Shown here: piece by piece, positions 15,001 to 26,264 of the stretch
Layout: each line of letters opens with the position of its first letter
Numbering within the stretch: the first letter of the stretch is position 1
Assembly: GCA_012295275.1 (NCBI GenBank)
Contig: CM022668.1
Span: forward strand, 10,416,001 to 10,480,000
Source of the DNA: Chrysomallon squamiferum
Lineage: Eukaryota; Animalia; Mollusca
DNA length: 64,000 nt
Direction of reading: 5' to 3'
Notes under the pieces: model-generated
The model's input: only the letters and a program-made list of their open reading frames with translations
Told to the model about the DNA's origin: nothing
Databases searched by the model: none
Made by a program: the position numbers and the translations under genes

Positions 15001-15535
15001 CCAGTGGATACAGTCTAGTCATTTAGTAGTTTAATCTGTATCAGATCGCTAACACCTTGTCTCGTGAAGCTATTACAGTATTCTACCCTTTTGACAGGAT
15101 GAGCCAACGTTAAGGTATTAATACCAGTCAGACTTGTTACCGTGACAATAATGTCTTTGTATTCCATGCATGAGATTAAACTGATAAGTGTCATTCCGTG
15201 TGTATCACCTGACTGTGCCCGCAAATGTTACAGAAACAGTCAAGAATAGCAAATGATGAAACATTAGGGGATTGCAGTATCGTTTAGATTCGAAAACTCC
15301 AACAATGGACTGATAACATTTCACAGTCCGTGAGACGGAATCAGAATATTCTATATAATTCAATCACAGTATGTCTGTAATGTGGACCTTCAAACTTTAA
15401 CACCTTTAGTTGATATTTCTGCAAAAGGTGAACCAATTTTAATAGTGTTGCTCTTGTTGGATATTAGGAGGCGATATCTGAAATTCAGTTTGAAGGTTCA
15501 TACCCGTTTGGCCTTTATTTAATCGTGTGGATAAT
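1..15535. repeat. Higher-order tandem repeat: ~4.6-kb units (starts ~1, 4626, 9172; partial at ~14970) built from diverged ~1.3-1.9-kb monomers
   Basis: GACACGTT(C/G)TCAG(G/A)ACAAAGATCACTC recurs at 1, 4626 and 9172. ORFs 511-693/5138-5320 and 546-749/5173-5376 are identical. Monomer landmark GGGAAATAATCTGT...AAGTTCGAGAAG recurs at ~1138, 3042, 5766, 7601, 10311, 12168, 14024. Confidence 0.92.
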
Positions 15536-15863
15536 TTTCCAATTTTGAGCTACACTAAAATTCAGTCGGAATATTTGTAACAACATAGAGAAATCTGGAC
15601 ATCTAAGCTTCTTTATTAAACAAAGTACGGATACATTATTTAATAATGTTGCTTTTGCAAGGGTAATTATTATTATTATTATTATTATATTATTATTATT
15701 GTTGTTGTTGTTGATGCTGTTGTTGTTGTTATTTTTCTTGAAATGCTGTTATTGTTGTTAATCAATGTAATAATAATATATATTTCTGTCTGCCTGTGTG
15801 TTTTTCTCTGTGTTTCATTATCTTAAAAATAGTCATTTGAATAATATTTATACCTCTTTGCAG

Positions 15864-15896
15864 AAAAAGAAACAGAAAAATTCTCCAACAGGAAAC
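15864..15896 (+). CDS. Extra copy of the 33-bp phase1-1 exon C of the STAND-ANK gene (KETEKFSNRK)
   Basis: tttgcag|AAAAAGAAACAGAAAAATTCTCCAACAGGAAAC|gtgagt; near-identical to 16935-16967, 39711-39743 and 59392-59424, with homologous flanking intron. Confidence 0.55.
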
Positions 15897-16535
15897 GTGA
15901 GTATATGAATTCTTGCATTATTTCTATGTTAATTGTGTCGCATCAACTTGTATATAACAGACATTTAATCAGTGTTCAAAACAAAACGAAATTAAAACAA
16001 CATTTCTCGAAACCTTGTGAATTCATCTTTATAGAATATTAGTATTAATTAATTAATTAATTATTTCGTGTTTTTTTTTGTTGTTGTTTTTTTTATTGTT
16101 GTTGTTGTTTTTTTGTTTTGTTTACTCGGAAAGGTTTTGTTGTATTTTTTCTTTTTTTTATATTATATCTGTCACCGTCAGCCTGAATTTAGTTAACAAT
16201 ATTTGCTACTTAGACATTTACTTGTGTCTGTGTATGTGTGAGTATCTGTGTGGGTGGGTGGGTGTGTGAGTGTATGTCTGTGTATGTGTGTGTATAGATG
16301 TATAAAAGGAATATAGAAATACATAAATACCGTATATTAACAATGAATTTATTGTTTAAACTTTGAAATACTGCTACTGTACCTTTTTCTTGCACTTTCT
16401 GTATTGTGGCATTATTTCGTTAATATAATGGGCTTTTTTCATTGTCATGAATTAACATTTAGAAAAGCAGATTACATCTAAGTGTGAAAACATTTTTAAT
16501 GGTTCATTCATTCAGACTTTATCTGCTTATTGTAG

Positions 16536-19500
16536 GCAATATGTCAGAACAACATTCAAGAAGGGATGTGATATGTGCACTCAATGATAGATCAGATCTA
16601 AAACAAATCATGACAGTGGGGTGCACTAATCAAGGAGGAATAAAGAAGAGAAAGATTAAAAGTAAATGGTGGTTTTATTTCTGTAATCAAGTGAATAATA
16701 AAGAATTTTTAATAATAATAATAATAATAATCACAATAACAAAAATAAGAAGAATTATTATTATTATTATATTATTATTCTTATTGTTGTTGTTGGTGTT
16801 GTTGTTTTTCTTGAAATGATGTTATTGTTGTTAACCATAGTAATAATAATATATATTTGTCTCTTCGTGTGTGTTTTTCTCTCTATTTCATTATGTTAAA
16901 AATAGCCATTTGAATAATATTTATTTCTTTGCAGAAATGGAAACAGAAAAATTCTCCAACATGAAACGTGAGTATATGAATTCTTGCATTCTTTTTATGT
17001 TAATTGTGTCGCATCAATTTGTACATAACAGACATTTAATCAGTGTTCAAAAAGAAACGAAATTAAAATGATAAGAGAAGAACTAAACATTTCTTTATAC
17101 TTATTTAACCACGCCGTGTCAAATCATAACAAAGAATGGAAAAAATCAATCACAGTCCCAGAAAATTGTTATTTAGAGTAATCTGGTTTGGAAAGCTGGC
17201 ATTTCTAGCAGGTGTGGTCCGAGATAGTGTTCTTTCAGTTTTGACAATTTTGACAAAAATGGGCGAAGGTGCCACTATTCAAATGACAAATAAATGACTT
17301 CATTCTACATGCTCACAAGAAATAACTCCATATTTACTTATATATAATAATAATAATAATGTATATATATATAAAACAACATTTCTCGAAACCTTGTGAA
17401 TTCATCTTTATAGAAATATTTATAGATTGACCGATTGTTTGTTGGACTATGGTCATTCAATTCTTAGTGACACGGCCCATTTTTGTCAAAACTGTGAAAA
17501 CTGACAGAACTTTGTATCGATATTAGCCTGTCAGATCATGCTAAAAGTGGATAACGTTTTTCACTGCTATTTACCTAAATATAAATTTTCTGCTAAATCA
17601 AACGGGTGATGTTTCATCAACTACAATTAATATGATTATTACTACTGATTCTACAACTACGACTACAACAATAAATTTTAACATAATTACTCCTCTTATA
17701 TTTTAAAGGCAATGCAACGACTCGAATTCAACACATCAACCCCAACACCTTTGTTCCGATCAGGGCATTCACAATAGCAGAAGAAATACTCGCCAACTTT
17801 GGCATTGTCGTCATCGTAGGAAGTCCGGGATCAGGGAAGACAACTCTGAGTTTAAATCTTATGGAACAAATTGTAAATCGACAACAAACTCAGTCTGTTT
17901 TGGTGACTCATCCTTCTCAGTTCGACGATATCCCGAGACCTAAAGATTTGGTCAACCAGAAGCCGTCAGAAAAGATAATTGTTCTTATTGATGACATTTT
18001 TGGTAAGAGCAATCTTGTGTCCGAGTTTCAGCGAGAATGGGAAATGAAATTTGAAACCGTCTGGTCTTTTGTTGAGTCTGGATTCATGAGGGTGATAATC
18101 ACGTTCAGGTCACATATATTTTCAGACTGTAAGCAAAGTCTTCGTGCTTTTGCCATCTTCAATAAGAAACACTTGATTGACCTGCATGATGAAGATATGC
18201 ATCTGACGTCTGAAGAGAAGAGAAACATTCTGGACAGACATCTAAATTTCCGCGGGGTACACATGAAAGAAGAAGAAAAAGATGAAGCAGTACGGGAAAC
18301 ATTTCAAGAACTTGGTTTCCCACAGTGCTGTGATTTTTTCGTCAGCTCAGAGAACGCTCAGAAGCGTGGAGTGGAATTCTTTAAAAAGCCTGTAGAATTT
18401 ATAGAAAATCAGTTCGCTATACTTAAAAATGATATATTACAGGTAAGTCAATACCAGTACCTCGTACTGCTGATTCTGTTGTTCAAAGAGGGGGTGTTAA
18501 AAGATGATTGTCTGGACCAGCTTGAAGATTCATCAGATATGCTAAACTTGATAAGTAAACTGAAGCACATGTGTAAAATAAATAGTGATGTTTCGCTAGG
18601 TCAGATAAAAGCTTCGGCCAACTCTCTGTGTGGATTGTACTTGACACACAACAAAGAGGCGGGGAGAATACACGTTTATTCACCAATCCATATTTGATAC
18701 ATTATTCTTACAGTTTATATCAGAGCACCAGAAACAAGGACTCCTCATCTGTCCGGCGATGTTCCTTCTTCAGTATATCATTACACCTGCTGTGGCTAGG
18801 AAAGACAACGTCGTTGTAACAGTTGAGAGGAAAAACTTTCCAGTTCTTGCTGAAAGGTTTACAGATTTGTTGTCGTCGTCCAGCGCAAGGCTTATTCTTT
18901 CACACCCATCGTTAAAAGATGAAGAATTCGTTAAATATTTGACAGAGGAATTCTGGAAATCGGTTGTCCCACACAAAGTCTTATCACAGACATTTGAAAT
19001 AAAAAAAGACTCTATCCGCAGTTTTTTTTATGCAGGTGATTTCAATATTCTGTGGTTTAGTTTAGAAAAAGACGGTTGCTATTTCCCAGATATGGAGACA
19101 AAGTTACTCAGTCGTGTTTTTGAGAGCATTTCATTATCGACATCGTCAATGACAAGTGTTGCTGTTGCTGAAAACTGTCGTAGTCTGTCCAGATATTTTG
19201 TGAAAGCTGTCTCCGAGTCAACCGACGCTGTTATTACAAACCAGCGCGGCGAAATTCTCGATGTCTCTTGCTTCACAGGAAACTCTGAAACAACAACATC
19301 TCTGCTAAACTGTGGCACTGTTCCAACTATGACGACACTGACTGCTGCTGCTGTATCGAAGTCAGACGATGTGTCCATATTTAAATTGCTGCTGAAATCC
19401 GAAAGGAATTTTAATATGAAGGTTGACGATTTCGGATCCATGTTGTATCTGGCGTTAGAAAAAGGAAATTGGAAAATTTCACGTTTTCTCATTCGTCGAC

Positions 19501-21950
19501 TTTCTCAGTTAGAATCTAATGAACCGGTTCTTCGTCGTGCTCTCAGACAGTTACTACTGCAGTGTCACGAAGGACTCAGAAGATCACTGCGAAGAAGATA
19601 TCCAGCACTGACTCTTCCCAGCAGTGTCGAAATCCAGGCTGGCGATCTCTTTAGACAATTAACAAATCACGTTACAGCAGGAAACTCTGATGTCTGTGCT
19701 GTTTTGGCCGCTGCACACGATGATGCCGACATCCTGAAAGAAATTATTGCCAGTAATCCAGCCTGCAAGACTTTAATCAAAGACACTGAAAATCTATTGC
19801 ACATAGCATCAAGATACGGATGTGTGGAATCCACAGCTTTTCTTGTGAATCTAGGACTTGACATAACTGCTGTGAACGAAAAGAAGCAGACGCCGTTGCA
19901 TCTAGCAGCTGAGAACAACACTGCTGACGTTGTCGGATACCTGCTACAGAAAGGTGGGGATCCTAACGCAGCAGACGTGGATGGAAACTCATCTTTACAT
20001 TTGGCAGTCAGGGCTGAAAATTTAGAATCTGTTGTAAAGTTGGTGGAGGTTGGAGCCAAACTGAATGTTCCAAACAAATCTGGAGACACGCCTCTCCACA
20101 TCGCAGCAGAACATAATTCAATCAAATGTGTGTCATATTTGATAGAAGAAGGATCAAAAGTGACTTTAAAAAACAATTTGTCTTTGAGTCCTCTTCATCT
20201 GTCTTTACATTATAATAAAAGCGACGTCATACAGTATCTAGTGCGCAGTGGGTCCGACCTTAAAGGACCCTGTCCTGTAGTTTACAAAGATGTCCAAAGA
20301 TACTCACTAGTGAGAAGTTTTGACATAGCTAGTTTTCTTTTCTCCAGACGAGTAGATGTGAAATCTGATCTTTTTGCCGTTCTGTTACACAGAGCAGTTC
20401 GCTGTGGCGAGGTCATGGCAGTCAGGTTTCTCTTGGAAAAAGGCGTTGACACAGAATGCACGGATGCAAATGGTAAAACTGTTCTTCACATCGCGTCACG
20501 ATCTGGCTTCCTAGCGATAGTAAAATTACTGTTAAAACACAAAGCCAATGTAAACAGTTTAGACAAAAAACAGCGTAGTCCTCTGCACTACGCTTACCTC
20601 CGTGCGGACGTTTTAACAGTGAAAGAACTCTTGAAATCTGGAAACATAGCTGTAAACACACCTGATGACAATGGATGGACGGCTATGTCACTCGCTGCAG
20701 TGAAGGGTTCATGTACACCTCTCAAAATGTTACAAGAAGCTGGAGGCAATGTCAACCATCAGGACCTAAAGGGACGAACACCTTTACATTTAGCTACAAT
20801 TAACCAACACGCGGATAGCGTATCAACATTACTGGAACTAAAGGCGGATCCTTACCTGCTGGACAACAATGGACTGACTTGCTTACATCATGCAGCCATT
20901 CGTCAAAATCTGGACGTACTTCAAGCACTACTGGACAATGGCGTGAATCCAGACTGTGTCGATTCTAACAACAAAACAGCTCTGTACTACGCCATCATGC
21001 GAGGATTAGACAAAAATGTTGAGTTACTTTTGAAGAAAGGCAGTTCACGTAAATGGAAAGACAAAAAAGGAAAGACTCCATTACACCTGGCAGCACAGGT
21101 CGGTGCACTTCATCTGATGGACAAGTTTCTCAAGGCAGGTGAAGATATTAACTGTGAATACGAGAATGGCATCACTCCGCTCATCAAGGCCTGCTCAGAT
21201 GGGAAACAAGACGTTGTCGATTTTCTGCTGGACAAAGGCGCTGACCCGAATTACGGAGACGGTGTGTACACAGCAATGCATGCTGCAGCATTGCTCCATC
21301 GCACTGAAATCTTACAAAGTCTTCTAGCCAGAGGAGGACGAGTCAATGTTATTTCAAGCGAGGGTGGCAGTCCTCTTCATTACGCAGTTGTCGATAAGTT
21401 ACATAATGTGACAGGATATATCCATGATCTTCTGAAGACGTTAAGTACGTCCGACGGCTCATTATACAACATGCTCAAAGACCTGACAGAGTTTGATTCA
21501 CAAGAAGCAGAGACAGATGAATCAGTTCGGCTTAAACATTTTAAAACACCTACAACAGTTAACCAAGCTAGTGACCGAACAGTTTCATCTTGTAATGTAG
21601 TCGACGTCCTCCTTGAAAATGGATGCTGCGTTAACCTTCGTGACGAAGACGGAAATACAGCAGCACATACTTGTGTAGAATTCAACCAACCAGAAAATTT
21701 GATAATGCTGTTAATGAAAGGTGCTGATGTAACCATTCTAAACAACAAGGGCAACTCCGTTCTCCACGAAGCAGTAGCGAGGGCACAAGTGTATACTGTG
21801 GCTGTTCTGTTGGCTGCTGGTGTAGTTGATGTAGCTAACGCTGCAGGAATTACCGCTCATGATCTGGCCAACATTAAAATAAACTCTTCTGACGATGAAA
21901 ACGTCCAGACAGCTTACACAAAAGTACTTTCTATATTTGAATTTAAATAA
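16536..21950 (+). CDS. STAND NTPase (nSTAND3-like)-ankyrin repeat protein, copy A; exons 16536-16661, 16935-16967, 17709-21950; one +1 frameshift at ~18661-18664 (pseudogene or assembly error)
   Basis: Canonical AG/GT phase-1 introns join in frame. Motifs: FVPIRAF..AEE.L, Walker A GSPGSGKT (17819-17842), Walker B IIVLIDDIFG (17975-18004), VIITFR, GFPQCC, YTFIHQSIFD (after the shift), then ~20 TPLH-type ankyrin repeats. An extra G in a G run versus copy B splits it into ORFs 17861-18697 and 18759-21950. Confidence 0.85.
17159..17592. mobile_element. Old MITE/foldback-like element in the last intron of the STAND-ANK gene (decayed homologues at ~39937-40230 and ~59626-59940)
   Basis: Inverted repeats: CAGTTTTGACAATTTTGACAAAAATGGGC (~17236-17264) vs GCCCATTTTTGTCAAAACTGTGAAAACTG (~17475-17503); outer CAGAAAATTGTTATTTAG (~17159) vs CTAAATATAAATTTTCTG (~17575-17592). 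No TSD identified. Confidence 0.55.
17709..18697 (+). CDS. P-loop STAND NTPase portion of copy A (5' part of terminal exon up to the frameshift-induced stop)
   Basis: Acceptor ttttaaag|GC at 17709; open frame through Walker A, Walker B and GxP motifs; collinear with copy B 40347-41300. Confidence 0.85.
18759..21950 (+). CDS. Helical linker plus ankyrin repeat array of copy A (1063-aa ORF)
   Basis: Repeated 33-aa units such as QTPLHLAAENN, GNSSLHLAVRA, GDTPLHIAAEH, GKTVLHIASRSG, GRTPLHLATIN, GKTPLHLAAQVG, GITPLIKACSDG. Confidence 0.93.
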   Translation: MFLLQYIITPAVARKDNVVVTVERKNFPVLAERFTDLLSSSSARLILSHPSLKDEEFVKYLTEEFWKSVVPHKVLSQTFEIKKDSIRSFFYAGDFNILWFSLEKDGCYFPDMETKLLSRVFESISLSTSSMTSVAVAENCRSLSRYFVKAVSESTDAVITNQRGEILDVSCFTGNSETTTSLLNCGTVPTMTTLTAAAVSKSDDVSIFKLLLKSERNFNMKVDDFGSMLYLALEKGNWKISRFLIRRLSQLESNEPVLRRALRQLLLQCHEGLRRSLRRRYPALTLPSSVEIQAGDLFRQLTNHVTAGNSDVCAVLAAAHDDADILKEIIASNPACKTLIKDTENLLHIASRYGCVESTAFLVNLGLDITAVNEKKQTPLHLAAENNTADVVGYLLQKGGDPNAADVDGNSSLHLAVRAENLESVVKLVEVGAKLNVPNKSGDTPLHIAAEHNSIKCVSYLIEEGSKVTLKNNLSLSPLHLSLHYNKSDVIQYLVRSGSDLKGPCPVVYKDVQRYSLVRSFDIASFLFSRRVDVKSDLFAVLLHRAVRCGEVMAVRFLLEKGVDTECTDANGKTVLHIASRSGFLAIVKLLLKHKANVNSLDKKQRSPLHYAYLRADVLTVKELLKSGNIAVNTPDDNGWTAMSLAAVKGSCTPLKMLQEAGGNVNHQDLKGRTPLHLATINQHADSVSTLLELKADPYLLDNNGLTCLHHAAIRQNLDVLQALLDNGVNPDCVDSNNKTALYYAIMRGLDKNVELLLKKGSSRKWKDKKGKTPLHLAAQVGALHLMDKFLKAGEDINCEYENGITPLIKACSDGKQDVVDFLLDKGADPNYGDGVYTAMHAAALLHRTEILQSLLARGGRVNVISSEGGSPLHYAVVDKLHNVTGYIHDLLKTLSTSDGSLYNMLKDLTEFDSQEAETDESVRLKHFKTPTTVNQASDRTVSSCNVVDVLLENGCCVNLRDEDGNTAAHTCVEFNQPENLIMLLMKGADVTILNNKGNSVLHEAVARAQVYTVAVLLAAGVVDVANAAGITAHDLANIKINSSDDENVQTAYTKVLSIFEFK

Positions 21951-22360
21951 AAGTTATCTATATATTGTACTATAATAATAACTTTTACACAAATTGTTTC
22001 TATATTTGAATGTAAATAAAAGTTGTCTCTATATTCTACAATAATAATAACGTTTACACAAATACTTTGTATATTTGAATCTAAATAAAAGTTATCTCTA
22101 TATTGTACAATAATAGTTTTACAGAAATACTTTCTATAATTGAATGTAAATAAATTATATGCATATATATAGTGTACAATAAAAATAACTTTTACACAAA
22201 TACTTTATATATTTGAGTCTAAATGAAAGTTATATTAGTAAATACTCTACAATAATAATAACTTTTTACAAAAATGCTGTCTATATTTGAATCTAAAACA
22301 AAGTATTATTTTTAAGTATTGTACAGTAAAGATAACTTACTTTTGAATCTAAATAAAAGT
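21914..22360 (+). repeat. ~69-bp minisatellite (~6 copies) whose first unit is the last codons and stop of the STAND-ANK CDS
   Basis: TTACACAAA..CTTTCTATATTTGAATCTAAATAAAAGTTAT..ATATTGTACAATAATAA repeats; CTATATTTGA at 21931, 22000, ~22069 (period 69). Confidence 0.9.
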
Positions 22361-23333
22361 TTCATTTTCATGCTTAACAGTTTTTAATGATAAAGGAAAC
22401 TTTAATGAGCTGAACATCTCTGTTTATTTTAAAAACCACGGATTTCGTTTGTAAAGCTCTAGCCATATTATTGTAACAATTATCTGTGTTATCTTGTGTG
22501 TGTTAATCTATTATGCCACGCGTGTCAAAAATAATAAAGAATAATAGAAACAACCCTATTACTTCGCACACTTACTTCGTTTATCGTTTAAAACTAATTC
22601 CAGTTGTTGTTATCCAGTATAAACATGACAACATCGATTTCCAGGGGGTTGCTGCGAACAGGATTATCCGATTAACTTTGACGATAATCCCCTAATGTTA
22701 ATCCCTTTGGTATTGTAAACAGACAGCTAATAATCTAAACGTGTGAATGTCGTTTATGACAACCTCTGTAACATGTTTTTGTAAATAGACTCGTCCAGGT
22801 AATCAATCTGCATCTTTATTTTTAACTGTTCAATCAGTAAATTTTATTTAGTGCGCACGGTAAAGCAAAAATTCTGGTAAGACATTACATTATTTCTTTA
22901 CTTATTAACATTTTAATTATATTTTAAAGAGTCCGTGTTTATATTTTGTTTAATTCCGAATGGTTGATGTTTTTCATTCGTTGTACTTTATTTTATTTAT
23001 TTATTTATTTATTTATAGTTACTGTTTAATTAATAATAAATATATGACGTCACGGCATTTAAAATTTAAATGTTCATTCTCAAATGATTTAATTTCGTGA
23101 TGGCATTTTTATATCATCATAATATTTTTATTCATTTATTTATAAATACTAATTTATTAATAGCTAATATATCAAGTCATGACATTTATAATTTAAATGT
23201 ATGTTATGAAATAATTTACGTGATGGAAATTTTTATATCCCTGAAACAACAAGATCGACTTCGGCTCCATAACGAAAACAGGTTTTTAACATTAGCCTTT
23301 GATTCTTATTTTGATTATTATTATTATTAATAT

Positions 23334-23369
<36 letters not shown>

Positions 23370-23742
23370 CTATCTATTTATTTACTTCTTTCTTGTGTTG
23401 TTCTTTTGTATGTGTGTGTGTGTCTGTGTTTTCTACTTTTTACTTTTTTTTTTTTTTTTTTGGAGAGATACTATTTTGAGAATTTATTTTCTTAAAGCGG
23501 TTTTCTTAAAACGTCACGATGTTTGCTAACCTTTAAAATAATTATTCAATAATTGTTTGACAACATATTCTAATTTCTAATTCTTTTCTTACTCACACGC
23601 ACGCACACGCGCTTAAACTACGTAACATGGTGTGCCCGGGTTATGCAAACACTTTTCTTCACCGTTCTGTATGAAAGTTCTGAGCCTCCTAGCTAAACTT
23701 AATCCTTTGGCTTTTCATTCGCTAGAGTTATCCTCTCTTGTT

Positions 23743-23790
23743 CGCGCATGCTCAGTTAAACATGACCGGAAAGCGGTTAACAGTGGTGAT
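23743..23790 (+). promoter_or_regulatory. Putative promoter (NRF1-like CGCGCATGCTCA plus ETS-like CCGGAA); paralogue at 48217-48250
   Basis: Locally CpG-rich patch in AT-rich DNA, conserved in both duplicates. Motif match only. Confidence 0.35.
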
Positions 23791-24408
23791 ATTTCTAGTT
23801 ACTTGGAAGTGAGTTTTTTTAAGTGGTTGGACTGTACGTGTTTATCGTTGAATGTTGTGTTGGAAAAAGTCGAGCTGTTTTGATCAAAAGACTTATGGGA
23901 ATTTAGGCATTGTCGTTTCCAGTCGATGGATTTTGACACTTCAGATATTTTTATTCCAATTTAAGTGTCCTAGGGCATGTTTTTCAGATGCTAAGGGTTA
24001 ACATAGCGGTAAACTTGGAACAATATTCTGTTGTTATTTTAAACAATAATGTGTGAAACATCAATGAAACACGTTGTCAACGCTCTCGGAATCGTTCGGT
24101 TAAGAACAGGGACACAAAATTGATAATTAATTTTACTAAAATAAATAACTTGTTTATTTATTTATTTATTTATTTGTTTATTTATTTATTTATTATCAAT
24201 TATTGTTATTTATTTTTATATTTTAATTTTTTGTTTTTAAATTGTTTTAGTTTATTCATTCCTTTCCTGAAAATTTCCAACAGAAATTTTATTTTTCAAG
24301 ATGTGTCATTCTGATAATTTAATTAAATTAGATTAATTATTACTATGTTAGTACTGTTTCTTTCTTCATCTAATTATCATCATCATTATTACTATTCTTA
24401 GTATCATA

Positions 24409-24468
<60 letters not shown>

Positions 24469-24496
24469 GCACGTACTACCAAACTGTAAAAACAAC

Positions 24497-24554
<58 letters not shown>

Positions 24555-24749
24555 CAAATAAAAAAAGAAAGCATTAATGAAAGAAAAGAAGAAAGAAAAA
24601 AGCTGATAAATGTAATCAATACACTGGAAATTTAAATGTCCATTATCAAATAACTTCGTGACGGATATTTTTATATCACTGAAACAACAAGATCGACTTC
24701 GACTCCACAACGAAAACTGGTTTATACCGTCAGCCTTTGATCCTATTAT

Positions 24750-24830
24750 GGGATCCTGCCCTACTTCCGCTTTCCACATGGCTCGTGCGGTCTCGCGCCT
24801 TTCTCCGCCAAAGTGATTTACACGACACTT
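24750..24830. promoter_or_regulatory. CpG-rich promoter-like patch (ETS-like ACTTCCG)
   Basis: GC/CpG-rich island CCTACTTCCGCTTTCCACATGGCTCGTGCGGTCTCGCGCC; possible downstream donor cag|gttagt at ~25257. Motif-level evidence only. Confidence 0.25.
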
Positions 24831-24968
24831 TTAAAGAATTAAGTAAATCTTGTTGGAAGTGCTATTTTCTACACAACGAAGTATTTTTATCTGTTTAGCA
24901 TTTTCTTTACTTTGTTATTTTTACCTCTGCTTTATTGGTTTTGCTGTTGTTGTTGCTGCTGTTATTAT

Positions 24969-24970
<2 letters not shown>

Positions 24971-25059
<89 letters not shown>

Positions 25060-25384
25060 CTTTATTTTATTGTAGTTTTCAAGAGCAGTTCGTCTGGTAA
25101 ACTGAAATACAACACGGAGGCGCTGACGTTGTTTTATTATTTTATTTAAATGAATTCCGACGCGTTTAGAAAGAATTAGTCTTTTATGCTCTGAGTCGTT
25201 GAGACTGGTGTATCTCAGTGTGGCCCGTTTTGTTGTTCACTGGTACAAGTAGACAGGTTAGTTTTTGTTATGTGAAAGATATTAGTGTTATAGCTGTCTG
25301 TCTTTCTATCTATCTGTTTATGTGTCTGTATCAGCTATCTCTCTAGATGTGTGCGTATATATATATATACACACATATAGATAC

Positions 25385-25474
<90 letters not shown>
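24971..25474. repeat. (CT)n at 24971-25054 and (AG)n at ~25389-25474 microsatellites
   Basis: Perfect dinucleotide runs seen directly. Further runs at 27481-27544, 28064-28114, 28671-28741, 47802-47873 (GT), 48740-48842 (GA), 50513-50583, 51275-51360. Confidence 0.95.
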
Positions 25475-25478
<4 letters not shown>

Positions 25479-26223
25479 GACTGGCAGAGATAAGTTAATT
25501 ATAAGAGTGATAAGTTAATTATCACAATCACACCAGACGCATATAGATTTTAAGATGCCTTGATTACGTCATTACATAGAATACATCATTTCTAGCCTTC
25601 TTTTAATACTTTTTTATAGTGATACATTTTTTATTCACCGGATCTTATAAAATATTGTTGTTAAACTTCACAATGCAATTTCTCAGTATTGCTTAAGGAA
25701 AAGTGATGAATATGATTATAGATGCAAAACAGTTTAAAAGTTAAAACAACTTTTCCAACCTTGTGTTTCAGTATTATATAAAACAATCTATTAACTATTT
25801 CAGGACAAATGTTTGTTGGATTCTTCTTTTTTCTTTATTTTTCTTTCAGTTTTATCATTATTATTGTTATTGGTTTTACTTTGTTTATCTTTATAAAGAT
25901 AGAACGACAGACATAAAGATAGAAAGACAGACAGACATCAGACTGATGTAAGTATCGATATACATATATACTTTTTAAAAACAAATCTAACACATGATAT
26001 ATAATTATGTATAACTGAATCTTACTCATTTAAGCCAGTGATTCTCAACTTTGTCGGTGCGGTCCACTTCAGAAAAAGATGTCATCATACAGTTTGAATG
26101 GGGCTGGTATATTTATAACTACATGTACTTTAATTTCACAAAACATTTTTCATTGAAATTCAGTGACCAGTATAAATTTTAGCCTACGATACACTGTTCT
26201 TTAAAGAAACATAACATATAATA

Positions 26224-26264
<41 letters not shown>

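Noticed and set aside
18640-18700. Programmed ribosomal frameshift joining the NTPase and ANK ORFs
   Set aside because: No X XXY YYZ slippery heptamer, and paralogue B is continuous here, so a simple indel explains it.
18028-21754. Minus-strand ORFs over the STAND-ANK genes (e.g. 19079-19492, 19667-20176, 41716-42129)
   Set aside because: Antisense shadows of the + strand CDS with no independent motifs.
21914-22360. CRISPR-like appearance of the 69-bp array
   Set aside because: Whole units are repeated with no unique spacers, no cas genes, and a eukaryotic intron-containing context.
23218-23300. ~85-bp local duplicate of 24657-24745
   Set aside because: Real but small, with no termini or coding signal; no function can be supported.
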